A stretch of 64,000 bases of DNA, taken from contig NMRA01000019.1 in NCBI GenBank assembly GCA_002633005.1, positions 941,942 to 1,005,941 of the forward strand, written 5' to 3'. The position numbers and the translations under genes are program-made. The DNA is from Phoronis australis. Taxonomy: Eukaryota; Animalia; Phoronida. Positions 14,446 through 26,965 of the stretch are shown here, piece after piece. The notes beneath the pieces were generated by a model. It was not told where the DNA came from. It did no database searches and worked only from the letters and a program-made list of their open reading frames with translations. Every line of letters begins with the position of its first letter. Position 1 is the stretch's first letter.

Positions 14446-15197
14446 GAAACGGGCTTCAGATGGTGGCCAAATCGACCTTTCCGAATGGGGGGGTAATATC
14501 GACAGCCTCATTAATATAATTCATTGGTAATTGAAGAAAGTGATTAATGAATTAGCAAGAAAAACAATAAAAGACCTCCTCTGTTTTTAATGACTTTAGA
14601 AGTATCACACAAAGTAAGCGATTCCCGCGGTGATCAATTTATCAACGACAGGGTTACCTTGGGCACAAAAAATGTTTTCGGATACGCGCGGCAACGAGGT
14701 TCACGCGAAACTTCATATGCTTACAACAAAGTTATCGCTTGAAAACAAAACATGTTTCAATAACAGTAGCTTATCCAAAAGAACGGGAGACAATACATTT
14801 TTTATAAGAAAAAAGATATAAGTCGAATTTTCTGTAAATTGGATAAATAATTTGCTATCTGATCTACCGAAAGTACTCCAAATTTGATTAGAAGGCTGTT
14901 GCAATATAGGACTTACGTCATGACAGTTACGTCAGCCGACTGCCTGTTTTCACAAACTACTGTGCTGAAGGCGAAGTGTGAGAAAACGTGTTTTTTCTAA
15001 AACTCCGTAAAAAATCAAGTGAAGCTTGGACACAATAGATTGGGCTGAGATTGAAGTAGGACAGACTAAAAATTTTTTTTTAGAAAACAGTTATTTGATA
15101 ACAATATAAAACTGCAAACAATTCAATTTCACAGATGTTCCGTAACACGACCATGGGCGCACGGTTTGTTGCAAGTAACCAATGTATTTATTTATTT

Positions 15198-15423
15198 CAT
15201 GCGCGCACCCAGCCTTTAACATGGGGGGGCTCGAATTTCTGGGGATGTGGACCCTTTACTGGCAAAAAAAAACGGGGTGTCACCTTCACTGGGCATCTGC
15301 GCCTTTTTAGTGGTCTTTTGTCTCGTTTTCTCTGACTTTTTGTTTCTCTGAGGCTGACCTTTTTGCAAATTTCGCCAAATGGGGGGCTCATTGGAGCACC
15401 GAGCCCCCCTGGGTGTGCGCACT
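15198..15423. mobile_element. MITE with CATGCGCGCACCCAG-type TIRs
   Basis: Ends catgcgcgcacccag and ctgggtgtgcgcact; related copies at 46608-46769 (inverted) and about 52180 (truncated). Confidence 0.65.
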
Positions 15424-16390
15424 TATTTAATTCATAATGTTTACTCTTACCGGTAGCTGTTATCACGATTAAGAACTGTTAATAGAAACTTTCAATAGTG
15501 AGTTAGCTGACTAAAAGCTAAATTGCCAAGCTTTAATTCTGAGCTAGTAGTTTGAAAGTATGATCATGTTTCACCAGTTTTCAATCGAAAAATTGACATT
15601 CATTTTTATTACCGACAGGTTGTCGTGACACAATAACACACACATGTGGGTACCAGTTACTATGAATACGCGATGTTACGAAAAACAACTTAACTCATGA
15701 ATTTCATAGGCGAATTTGGGGGGGGGGCAGGAGGCCCGGCCTCCCACCTTGGCTGTCGCAAAAAAATAAAACAACAAGAGCGTAGGGAAATGTTGAGTTA
15801 ATTAATTGACCCCGGTAATTAACATTATACGGCGGAAACAAGGTTTAAATGTGCAGTTTTAGTGTGTTTGGGGGGAAGGGGGCTCAGATCCAATTTCAAG
15901 TGTCAAATTCGGAACACGGCTCAATAAACTAAGGCTAAGTATAGGCTCTCCCGCGATATCCCAGGCGACCGGCAATGGCGCTGCACACTACGACTCCGTT
16001 TCCGTCGTCTGCTTCACTGTGCAACGAAGAAAATTACTTCATTTTTTAAAGAAAATGGAATCTGAGTGACGATGAAAAAACAGAAGCTGCTGGTAAGATG
16101 TGAATTTTAATCGACGACTCAGTGAATCACTCAGAAACTCATAATTCTCTCTTTGTCAAACCTTAACTAAAGACGATTTCCAAAGCAATCGCGTCATTAA
16201 TGCCAACACAAAAAACGGATTTGGTCTTTTGGGCAATCGAAGACTATTTTAAATATAACAAATTTGTTACGAACTGATTGCACAAAATACAAAAATTTTA
16301 ATAAGCATTACAAAAAGAAGTAGGTTTCGTGCGCAAAAGCTGTGGACCATAAACAAGTAGCTCTCTTATTATCAAATTAAGAGTGAAATC

Positions 16391-16458
16391 CACAGGCGTC
16401 CTCAGCTTCTGATCGTCACCAATGTATTGGGGACGATCAGAAGCTGAGGACGCCTGTG
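16391..16458. mobile_element. 68-bp hairpin mini-element with 27-bp perfect TIRs and 8-bp TSD
   Basis: cacaggcgtcctcagcttctgatcgtc / gacgatcagaagctgaggacgcctgtg, flanked by GTGAAATC at 16383-16390 and 16459-16466. Confidence 0.85.
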
Positions 16459-16466
16459 GTGAAATC

Positions 16467-16522
16467 AGGTGCAGTGGTAAAGCACGCGCGCTCTATCCGC
16501 CAGATCGTGAGTTCGAGTCTTT
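16467..16522 (+). pseudogene. tRNA-derived (SINE-head-like) sequence
   Basis: A-box-like GGTGCAGTGGTAAAG and B-box GTTCGAGTC at tRNA-like spacing; no complete cloverleaf. Confidence 0.4.
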
Positions 16523-18184
16523 GATAAGGGCAGTTTTTCATGTATGACACGTTCTCCGTGTTTTTTTCTTTTTCTTTGCCTTTTTTCTTGGATAATACTT
16601 CAGGAATCAAGGAAAATGCTTGATTTTAAGAGGAAAAAACAGACAAATTTTCCTGGGCGGGAGCGGGGCGACCTCCCCTCCCGACCTCCCCCCATTCGGT
16701 GCAATGCGCATCTAATCGTGCTGTGCACAAATGTTTTCAGACAAAATGTTGGGCCCCCCACTTGTGATATCCTGGATCTGCCACTGAATTTACATAAGTT
16801 GCTGCTTGAGTAATAGAAACAGATTAGTTCAATAACCCCAGGACTTCGCTAAGGACCTCGCCACAAAAGCAAGACTTCGCGAGATTACGCGATATATTGC
16901 GGTGTGTTTTAAATGAAAGCACGTGATTTTCTCGTCGCGAGACAGCTAACTGAACTCTACACTGATCTTACAGTCACGACATTGCGGGTTTAGTGGCTTC
17001 ATGACAAACAATTGTTCTTTAATTTACATGGTAAGCCAACACTAGCGTGCAATTATTTCTACATGAAACAGGATCAGCCAAAACTATAGGACTCTGGGTT
17101 GAGATACTGAGAACTCAATGTAGACAACGGTTGTTGTTAGCTTGTGACCCTCATGTTGTTTGTTTTGAAAAAATCCATTAGAGCATTAATTATATTAATT
17201 TATTTACCTGGTTATAGCAGCATGGTTCTGGCATGGACGTTGTCTGAACAAACGAGCCCCGAAAAACTCGGTGGTGTTGGTACTTTTGTGAGGCTTGATT
17301 TTTGTGTTTGGTATATCAGTTGTTGATAAATCATTTGGTGGTATTTTAATGTTGAAACTATTTGAGTCTCATTATTTTATTGTTAGTTGTCCCCGTAGGG
17401 TTCATCGTGGAGTATAGCTTTGATAACTACATGCTGATACTAATGTTAAGTATTCTTACGCTACCTGATGTTATTGTTGCCTGGCGGGAGGAGACCGATG
17501 AGGTCATGCATAATTGGAGCACATGGGGAGTTGGGCATGGAGTGTGACTGATCAAGTGAAACATAATCATAGTACTAGTCTGGCAACTTTCGTATAGAAA
17601 TTCATGGGCGGCGCAGCACTGAAAAAAGTGGGGGCTAAAGCCCCCCCAGGTCCCCTGTGGTGCACTGCCCATAGACCATGGGCGGTGCAGCCCTGAAAAA
17701 AGTGTGTGTGGGGGGGTGGCTATAGCCCCCTCCCAGCCCCCTTTAGACCTAATTCACGCCGACAGGAGACGCGTTCTAAAACGAGGCTCTGTTGGCTTAT
17801 CGTCATAGTTGTATTCCGCGTTGTTCGAACGCATAGAAAAATACGGTCATTCAACTGTGTGTTTTGCAATTTCTAAATACGTTGAGATTCGGAAGCGTTG
17901 GGTCGTTGCCATACGCCGCAACGAAGGAAAATATGTACGTGTAAAATTTATAAATGTTTGCGAAAAGTTAGATCATATTTTGTCGCATCTCGGCTCAGTG
18001 CCGCCGGAGCATCGTACCAACGACCGGAGAATCTTCGGCCAGCCAGGCTGTGTTTAATGACTACGGGTTGAAACATGATGCATTTTTCTTTCGAAAAAGG
18101 ACAGGGCCCTCACTCCCCCAAATTTTTGGGGCCGAATATCGGCCCTATTCCCCTGTCAAAAATATTGAAAATCACGCGAAATTC

Positions 18185-18340
18185 AGGGCTGTAGTGGGGA
18201 GTAGGCGCACGTACGCGCAACCAAACACCTTTTGGCATTTGAACGTAGCGCCTACTCACCGTAAGTTACGTTAAGTGCTTAAGGCGATACGGTGAGCTTT
18301 GGGCGCCTACTTACCTCTAATTTTACCACTACAGCACTAT
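18185..18340. mobile_element. MITE nested in repeat A with a 9-bp flanking duplication
   Basis: TIRs agggctgtagtgg / ccactacagcact; GCGAAATTC on both sides; the homologous site near 40775-40790 is empty. Confidence 0.7.
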
Positions 18341-19037
18341 GCGAAATTCCCCTCACGATCTGCCTAAAAATTCCCCTGGTGATTTCTATCCGAAGTTCAA
18401 ATCACCATACAAGTGACAATTTGAAAGACCACAAAATGCTACTTGAAACAGAGGCTATGAGAGCTTGTAACAGGGTGGGGGCGCTATTGATGGTGACCGA
18501 GAGGTAGATTTTCTCCTCACATGGCGAAAAAAATCCCCTCTCAGAAGGCACAGGCACGTTTCTCCTCGGATGAACGAAGCTCCTAAAGAAAAATGATAAC
18601 TATGCTTGCTCTGTCCAGTTAACTGAAATTGAGCTCTAAAATCACGTTATGCTTTGGACAAACGAATCAAGTGTTTTAATTTTAAAGTTCAACTTGGTCC
18701 AGATTGATATTTTAAACCTAAGACCTAAAATAGACTCACTAGGGGATGTAAGAATTATTAAAACCAAGAAAGCAGAATTGATGGTCAAATAATTTTCATT
18801 TTCAATAACGAGCCTGGTCTTTTATTTTAGTAAAAATATATATTAAATAACATCATTTTTTCTTTCAGATCTATGACAAATCAACTGTTGGTTCCAGAAC
18901 CTAGGCTACGCTTGATTTTAATATTCTTGATCAACAAATTAAACCAGATGTGACTAATTGCACATGAGAGCAAAATGCTATGAGCCACCACTGTCGAACA
19001 TATCTTCAACTCGTCAACAATACGAGCAGATGACCTG

Positions 19038-19285
19038 GGGCCCGTTCCAAGAAACTGACTTAAGTTCCTTTTTGACTTAAGTCTAAGATTTGTCTTAACT
19101 TCCAATCTTTGAAACTTCCACATCCGGTAAGTTTGTCAAAATTAAGACAAAGCTTATGTCAAACACTTAACTTAAGCTTAAGATCTCTCCCTTGAAATGA
19201 ATTTGAGACAAATTTAACTTTTATTTTAAAATTTAGTTAAATTTAAGAATTGTCTTAGCTAAGTCAGTTTTGTTGGAACGGGCCC
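19038..19285. mobile_element. PIF/Harbinger-type MITE at a CWG target
   Basis: TIRs GGGCCCGTTCCAA / TTGGAACGGGCCC, flanked by CTG and CAG; empty site in the second copy of repeat A (about 39615-39630); truncated copy at 36693-36915. Confidence 0.8.
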
Positions 19286-20349
19286 CAGGTTCGTGGACAA
19301 TTTACAAGAAAAAATGTAAGTCTGCATTCACCATAATTATACCTAATCCGTAACACTACGTCGCCGCCATTTGGTCATATTTACTTTTTATATTTCGAAC
19401 CTAGTTTTCCAAAAAAATATTCTTCATCAGACAACTCTTTGGTACATTGACTTCTTCTCTAATGAATTTTTCTACGTCTCTGTGTAATTAAAATTATCGA
19501 CACATTTTTAAGATTTAATATCCAGGGTAGACTCGAAAGACCAGCCATTTAACTCATGCAATGTCAACTTCCGCTTTGTTTAGGTGGCACTGAACAGTTA
19601 GACTGCGGCCGCGGCCAATTTGCAGTGCCAAAATATTAAAATCTAGGGGTAGGCTAGGCTTGGGGGCAATTTTAGTTAGGTATTGTATGTAGGCCAAGTG
19701 AATTTGGTTTGTTTGCATTTGTGAACATGCTGAGAATTAAAAAAGGCCACTTTCTTGGCTGTAGTTGCACTCTTCTTCAAGATGGTGTCCCCCTGTTGCA
19801 GTTGTACATTGCTGTGTAGCAACTGAGAAATTGGCAGCGATTTCAGGTAGCCCTCAAATAAGCCTGATTTGCAAAAAATCTAGTTGGTTGACAGTACTTT
19901 TGGACCACATTTTTGGAATCGGTAGGAAATTTTCTTTCGGAATCTTATGTTGGCTTTAGTCGAGCATCGGCATGGAAGTGGTGGTTTTGGGGTGAAAAGT
20001 GCCGATTTTGCATTTTTTGTCCTTATTTTTCTTAGTCTAGCTTGGTTTCCACTGGGAGTGAAAGGGTCAAAAATACAAGAGAGAACAAAGTTTCTGTGCT
20101 CATCTGTAGGGCTTGTGATGTGAAATGACTCGAAACTTTTCTTTATTTGCATGCAGTTTTTCGCTTTGGATATCAATGTCCGCCACGTGAATTAGGTCTA
20201 TGGTGCGCGCCCATGAGAATCCAAGTTGTGTGCGGTCATCAGAAGATGGCAAACGATAACTTCACCTCCATATTAGTCACTGAGAATGGAATGTGGTTCA
20301 TTATTTCGGCGTTTGACATACCTGTACACATAGATGGAGCTATCACGCT

Positions 20350-20550
20350 CCGTGAGTGCTTGGCCAAATTAGCAGGAAACACAACATATAGCGGCGATAT
20401 GAATATGAAGTTGTTTGAAAATTGCCAAATGTTTTTAACAACGAGTTTTGTGTCGAAAATGATCCGCCGTAAGTCACTCAACCGTGTCCAGTATAAAGCC
20501 CGTGACGTGTTGTTGGGGAATAACATTGAATGATGCGGGTTAGGTGAGCC
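20350..20550 (+). repeat. Repeat family B
   Basis: Inverted homology to 22780-23060 and 38260-38550 (gaaaattgccaaatgtttt...aaaatgatccgccgtaa...ttggggaataaca). Confidence 0.75.
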
Positions 20551-22779
20551 CCCAAAGGTACATCATAAGGGCAAAGGTCACCTGTTAACAGAATTTTTTG
20601 TTTTCACATTTATAAGTTGTCAATGAATACACTGATATTGCATTGTACGGCGTAGACTGATGTAGCATTGTCGTTTAGATCCTGCTATACATTGGCATAG
20701 TTAGGAGAATGCAAACACACCTTTAAACGGAGGTGAAACTATCTGCAATAGGAAACTTGCCAGGGCTTGGAATTTTCCTCCTTTAAGAGGGCTTCCTCTT
20801 TTTTGTTTGGTTTCGATTTTCTCTTATTTGAATTCAAATTTCCTCTTTTTTCGTTTCTTTTTTCATTATTTTGACTTTATTCATACCAAAACGTTTATTT
20901 CAGTTAAACTTTACAACACAAAAACATTTCTATCACACAAGCCTATTTATTAATAGAACGATACATCACCTGGAAAATTTACCCTCTTTTTGCCATTAGT
21001 CATTCCAAACCCTGGCGTGCGTTCAGTAACGCTAGGACCTACGCTAGGACCTAGAGAACGAAGAAATGGCCAAAGTGAACCACAATTAACGTGAAGACGC
21101 TACATTTTACACACATCAGAAACCGATGCTATAGCAAATACCCGGGAAAGGGTGTCTCATGTAGAGGTAATCATGTCAGTTTCAATGCATCCCATCAGCG
21201 AAACTAATATGCAATCTTCAGTAACCGGAATAGTGTTATCTTGTAGGTAAATGATTAAACATTGAATCACAGTGCTTGGATTGTTGTCAACTTGAATAAT
21301 TTCTTTTTAAATCACATTTTAAAACACGTTAAAATACGCCATCTTGAGGCTTGGGGACGAGGTCATGTCGGAAACCGTCAAGCTATAGTGGCCGTGGAAA
21401 AATATTCCCGATTTTCCTTTCTTAAAAGTACCGGATTGAAAGGTATCTACAGTTAAAGGGTTTCCGGATTCAAAATTAACCCGACGAACTTCCTAAACCC
21501 ACTCGCTCCGCATTCTCTTGTTTTTAATTGGTGTCAGGGAAGTAAAGCAGGCGACGAACGTACTTAACATCACGCATCCACGGATATTTGACAAGCTTAT
21601 CCAAACTTTCTCCCGTCGAAGCTGCAGCCCACAGCACAACAGTAATACTTCCTTGACATAAGAAGAACAAATAGAGTAATGCCGATGAGAAAAACTTATA
21701 AATATTACAACAAAGAACACGTAGAACTCCAATGACGCAAAAACGCCAGGCTACAAAATTAAAGTGCTTATTGAGAGTAAATAGTACATCGAGATTCGAA
21801 CGTCGCTGTGTTAAGTGTGACGGTCTAACTGTCCCCCATTTGGTATAGAATCCTTGCTGGTTTGTCAGACCAAAACGATACCTATCAGTCAGGCTCATCA
21901 GCTAAGCTGAAGCCCGTGGGATGAGGGCGCATCGTCGCTAAACTATGCAAATAAAGCGCGTAGTCTCCTTAGAAAGTAATTGTCCGCACTGATCCTATTT
22001 CAATTCATTCTTGTACGCCCCACGCTTCAAATTCATGGATTTACATTACACTCTATTGCAGCTGCTCTGATAAATAAGGCTTTTTTTGGTTTTGTTACAT
22101 ATTGCATCAGTTTGAATGTCATTTTGAGAACAGCAACGAAACCATTCAACGTGAAATTTGTGCACCGTTATTGCCCAAAGCAAACGGTGCGTGTTCCGAA
22201 TTTATGTGTAACTAAGTTTCATTTTACTTTAAGCGGCAATTACAATAAACGAATGTGTTCTGTCAAAAAAGTTTTGATTTACGCCACTTACCCGTGAAAT
22301 TGATCTTAAATTGTTTCTTAGTCAAGACAAGTGAGGTTTCTGTACTTCGAAGGAACTGGCATGTGATTATTTTTTAAGCTAGCTTATGAAATCTCAGGTC
22401 ACGCCGTGGCAGGAAATTTTATGACTTTCGTCTGAAACGATAACGAAACGTCAGTTATTTCAAAGCCCAGAGATCAGTTCTCAACTGATAAAAGCGGAAC
22501 AAAAAATAACTGTAAGGAGTCTAAACCAAAATATGGTATTTGACTGAGAACACGATGTATTGCCACTTTAAGCACACATCGTCTTTAGGTGTTTCTTCTT
22601 AAAAGTAGGTGTTCTACGAACAGCTTACAAGAAATTTAGACGAAACAAATTTTATTTACAACACTCATCAAGTCTCAGGAGCTCAAATTCATTAAAGATG
22701 TATTTGCGTGCTCCTAACTATGCTAACGCCACAAGAAATAAACGACAATGCTATTTGAACATCATCTACGCTAAGCAAA

Positions 22780-23060
22780 GTGCAGTTGCAGTCATTGACA
22801 ACTTGCAAATGTAAAAACAAAAAAATGACGTACATGTGGGGCTCACATAACCTACATTATGCAGTGTTATTCCCCAACACCTTGTCACGGTACTTACTAG
22901 ACACGGTTGCGTGATTTACGGCGGATCATTTTCGACACAAAACTCGTTCTTGAAAACATTTGGCAATTTTCAACGTACTTCATATTCACATGGTCGCTAT
23001 ATGTTGTGTTTCAAATTTGACCGAGCAATCACAGAGACAAGGAATTAGCGCGTAAGTTTA
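22780..23060 (-). repeat. Repeat family B, copy 2
   Basis: Visual alignment to 20350-20550 (inverted) and 38260-38550 (direct). Confidence 0.75.
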
Positions 23061-23407
23061 GAACATGACAAAATACGTACACCACGCGCGATCATAACAG
23101 ACTCATTAACATCATATTTCTATAACGATACATGACACTGTAGCTATAGGGATATTAGCCCAACCACAATTGTTGAGGGAAACACTACACCATAGCCTTG
23201 AAAATGGCGTGTCGACGACATTTTAAGGTTGTGTTCCTCGGGAAAGGTCTCGTTAAATCTGCCGATGCTATAATAGTTCCCACGAGAAGTGTTCTCACAT
23301 TTTTACATGTGTCTCAAGAGGCATGGATATCAACTATTACTACAGGTATTTCCTATTTCAAATGAAAGCGTTCTAGACAGCGATACTTGGTGAAATTTTA
23401 TGATCAA

Positions 23408-23469
<62 letters not shown>

Positions 23470-23514
23470 AGTGATGGTGATGACGATGACGATAACGATG
23501 ATGATGATGATGAC
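23408..23514. repeat. (GAT)n microsatellite
   Basis: Directly visible. Confidence 0.95.
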
Positions 23515-24604
23515 GAGATATAACAACACACCGCCAAATTTCATAAAGTTCTGGACAGGGAGCTATTGCGCCTCGGAACGGTAAATCAAGAAATGGCCGC
23601 CACAGCGACATCTTGTCTCCCACTTCAACCAAAAACGAAACTATAGGCCACCAAACATTGACTACACACTTATTGTATGCAAATTTTAAGCCAATTGGAC
23701 AAAACTGCGCTCTCTATCGTGCGTAAAAAGAGCGAAAAACATCAGAAACTTTATGACAGTGAAACAGAGTAGGAGCAAACATTTCGTAATGTGATAACAA
23801 AACTGTCTTCTTTATTCCATACATCCGGAGCTTTGCATTACAAATGCGTGGCTTTCCAAATCTATGGTGACTTTCGTGGTCAATCACAAGAATTTCGCTT
23901 TCAAGTCCATTAAGGCTTTCGTCCGGCTGACGGAATAACCAGATGATAACCTGTAAATTTACAAAGCAGTATGTGTACTTCGAGTCCCTTTTTCAACTAC
24001 ATGTACTTCAGTATGAGTGTTGACTTCACACAACAGGATCATCATTCTACTTGAAGGGATAATATCGTTTTTGCGACCGAAAAATGCATTTTTGATATTA
24101 TATCTCATTTATACAATGTATACTTTTCAACGTTTTGACTTTTGATCAAAGTTATAAAATAATAATGTGAGTGGTGTTTTGTGACTTGATTTTAAATCAC
24201 TATTTCTCGACGATGTCTGCGAGACATTCGCTAAAATTAAGGCTGGTGACTTAACCAGTAACATTTAGCTCAACCAGCAGAGCGTTTGGCTACGACGCGA
24301 GCAAGAGTCTCATCTTTGAGTCCGTGATAGGACTGGTCTCAGAACAAACATTCGTACCAATAATGTCACTGCAAGTCTTTCATTGTTAAATGTTTTTGTA
24401 ATTCTTACTCTGCAGAAAGGTATTATTTTGAAATACGTTTTTCTTGACTGGTGTGTTTTAAAAATCATTAGCACGTGTGTATAAGAATGCATTTAATTAA
24501 TTAACTGTTTTACGCCTTTTATGAAACGCAATCACTGACAGAATCAAGATTCTTCATGTCTGGATAGTCATTAAACATTAAACAATAGCGATCGCACAGT
24601 TCAT

Positions 24605-26965
24605 TTACTTGGGCCGCAAGCCGCAGTGACAACAAGCATGGCGGCACGGTCCCTTGTAACGTCTTACATTACTGAAGGCTGCGAAGTCGCACCACCTTTT
24701 CTCAGCCCTCAGCATATCCATTAACACCAGGACAGATGTATCGTCGAAGTCCTGAAACAAGATATTAAGAACATCATGCTAGTATACATGAATTTATTTC
24801 AATCAAATAATCGATGCTGTTTTTTATTTGCGGATTAAAAACGTATGTACCATTCACTAGACCTATTTTAGTAAAAACCCGACTTTTAGGTTAGTAATGA
24901 ACATCAACTTCGAATTTAATTTCATTATCTACAACTCCTCTATTTTCAGAGAATGCCAAATCCAGCTTTATCCTACACAGCAGATATTAAAAACGATTTT
25001 CTCATCCTGTTCTCTGAAACAAAATGATGCTCTGTAACCCTTGACAACCCTCAAAAGTGTGGAGCAAATTTTGAAAACTGTTATGAAGTCTACTAAACAG
25101 GCAAGAGCGACAAGAACCATAATTTCCAATCTATTTTGTGTATTTAAAGGATCAATACTTCCATTACACTTTGAATTTTCTGATTGAGGGTAGACATCTT
25201 GATATTGCAGCTTGGAGATTCAAGAGGGGGCAATCAACAATTTCTCAGGCTTTAAACTTGCCTGGACTTCAAACCAGCTGGCTGGACTGCAAAATCCAAT
25301 GGCCGGTGTTCTACTGACTTGGTGGTCGGACCTCAAACGCGTACCTCAAAAAAAAAACTGATTGGCCAAACCTATAACGGGTTGACCGGTGCTCAAATAC
25401 AATGGTCGAATAAATCAACGAGTTTTGAACAAAACAAACAAAAACTGGTACTAAAAATGAACACTAGATGTCACTTGAATCCTTCGAAACATTCAAAGCG
25501 AGCTGGTCTCTGAAGAAGTCCGGCCGTCGTGTTTAATCACCGGCCAACTGGTTATAGCACCGCCCATCTTGTTTTGGGTCCAGCTGACTAGTTTTTTGAC
25601 TGACTGAGGTCATCGCATTTTGAAGTCCGGACAGCGCGATTGATTACCGGGCCAGTGGTTTTGAAGACCAATTGCTGATTCCCCCTCCCCCCTGTTGAGC
25701 GTGTCATGATCACATCTTCGCTACTGAAAACAACGCGTGATTGGTTTGTGTCTCGCATGGGTATGAGTGCGGCAAAACCACCATTTCCAGAGATGAAAAA
25801 GTAAATTTATATGAATGCACAAAATATTGATGCAGCTCACTTACCTCTATAACATTGGTCTTGTTAACCTAAATCAATTTTTGTGAAGGAAGGCGGATGC
25901 ATAGCTTCTTTAAAGTGGTCTGTCTTCCGTCCAAGAAACTGACCTTTCATTTAAGCCACTAAGCATTGCAAAAATGGTCTCTCTTTATTTAGATAAGAAG
26001 AGAGTTTTGTTCTGCAAGGAACTGACAGTTCTTTAGCGCTCAAGACCATGTCAGGCGCATAAAATGACACGCCGTGACAGGCATCAGCGAGCTGTCTGTT
26101 CCGGCTTTCCATGCACTGAAATCAAAGACCAAAGAAATTTGAGGCCAATGTCACAGCAGTCAATGGTTTAAACCAAAAGCTGCCTCTGTGACGGCCTCAT
26201 GGATTTACAGACTGATTATAAACCAACGCGGTGAAACAACAAAGAATGCAATTTTATTTAAACGAATGTTGATAAAATGTTACATAAGAACGTCTCGTAT
26301 CCATTGTTACATACCTCTGAACGTCAGCTGTTTTGCTTCACGTCCTCTGACCCTCATTACTATTTTTTTTCCAAAATCAGAGTGTTGCAAGACCAAAAAC
26401 AGCACCTCTGCGGAGTGTCTTGTCCGTTGAGGCCAGTTGTTGAGGGTTTAGTGTTCAAACGTCCCATGCGTTTGCTGCTATAGCCCCCACTTATTTCAGT
26501 GCACTGAGCGCCGCCCATGTGTCGACTCCCTGATTCTTTAAGTGAGACAGACTATGATCGAGACGACACGAAGGTAGCCATCGTGCTCGTCATCGACTCT
26601 ACAGAATTCTAATCACACTCGCTCTCGCGCGGAAATCACAAGACAAGATCACTTGGAACAGTTCCTTAAGTGAAACTTACGTAACTCCATACAGATGTTT
26701 CCCACTGTCAGTAATCGGGTCGTAATTTTGAACTGAATGATGCACTGATCTAGGAGAAGAAAAAAAGTGGTTTGACGTGAGTGCATCGATGAAAGAATCA
26801 CATATCTCACCCTGAACAAGAGAGGTGGGCACATCGAGTATTGTCGATGATTTTCTGTCATTTGACTCATTCCCGACAATCGTCAACAGATGTCGCGTAG
26901 GCGTAATGAAGTCATCATTGGCTGACGACGAGACGTTACCAATTTGAAACTTCCAAGTTGGCACA
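24605..26965 (-). pseudogene. Possible decayed multi-exon gene or spliced lncRNA
   Basis: Series of strong minus-strand AG/GT-bounded blocks (26749-26681, 26597-26316, 26115-25944, 25868-25845, 24751-24605); the last two join in frame but upstream blocks carry stops. Confidence 0.3.
25224..25687. mobile_element. MITE-like TIR element
   Basis: Ends gagggggcaatcaacaa / ttgctgattccccctc; internal ggacttcaaa and tttgaagtcc inverted sub-repeats. Confidence 0.5.

Larger units (their letters stand above)
15705..16786. mobile_element. Probable non-autonomous TIR element (CAKDGGCGGAT-type ends) with nested insertions
   Basis: Ends cataggcgaattt and ctggatctgccactg; AATTT on both flanks; same end family at about 200-215, 40066-40677 and 46822-46838. 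Confidence 0.45.
17745..19593 (+). mobile_element. Repeat family A (about 1.8 kb), non-autonomous element with a THAP-like remnant
   Basis: Colinear inverted homology with 39299-41210 and a partial copy at 49920-50310; the frame at 17809 reads ...IRKRWVVAIRRNEGK... (THAP-like W..AIRR). Confidence 0.75.

Noticed and set aside
16467-16522. Functional tRNA gene
   Set aside because: A and B boxes are present but no convincing acceptor or anticodon stems; kept only as a tRNA-derived relic
23330-23632. Poly-His and poly-Met ORFs
   Set aside because: Translations of a (GAT)n microsatellite with no other coding signal
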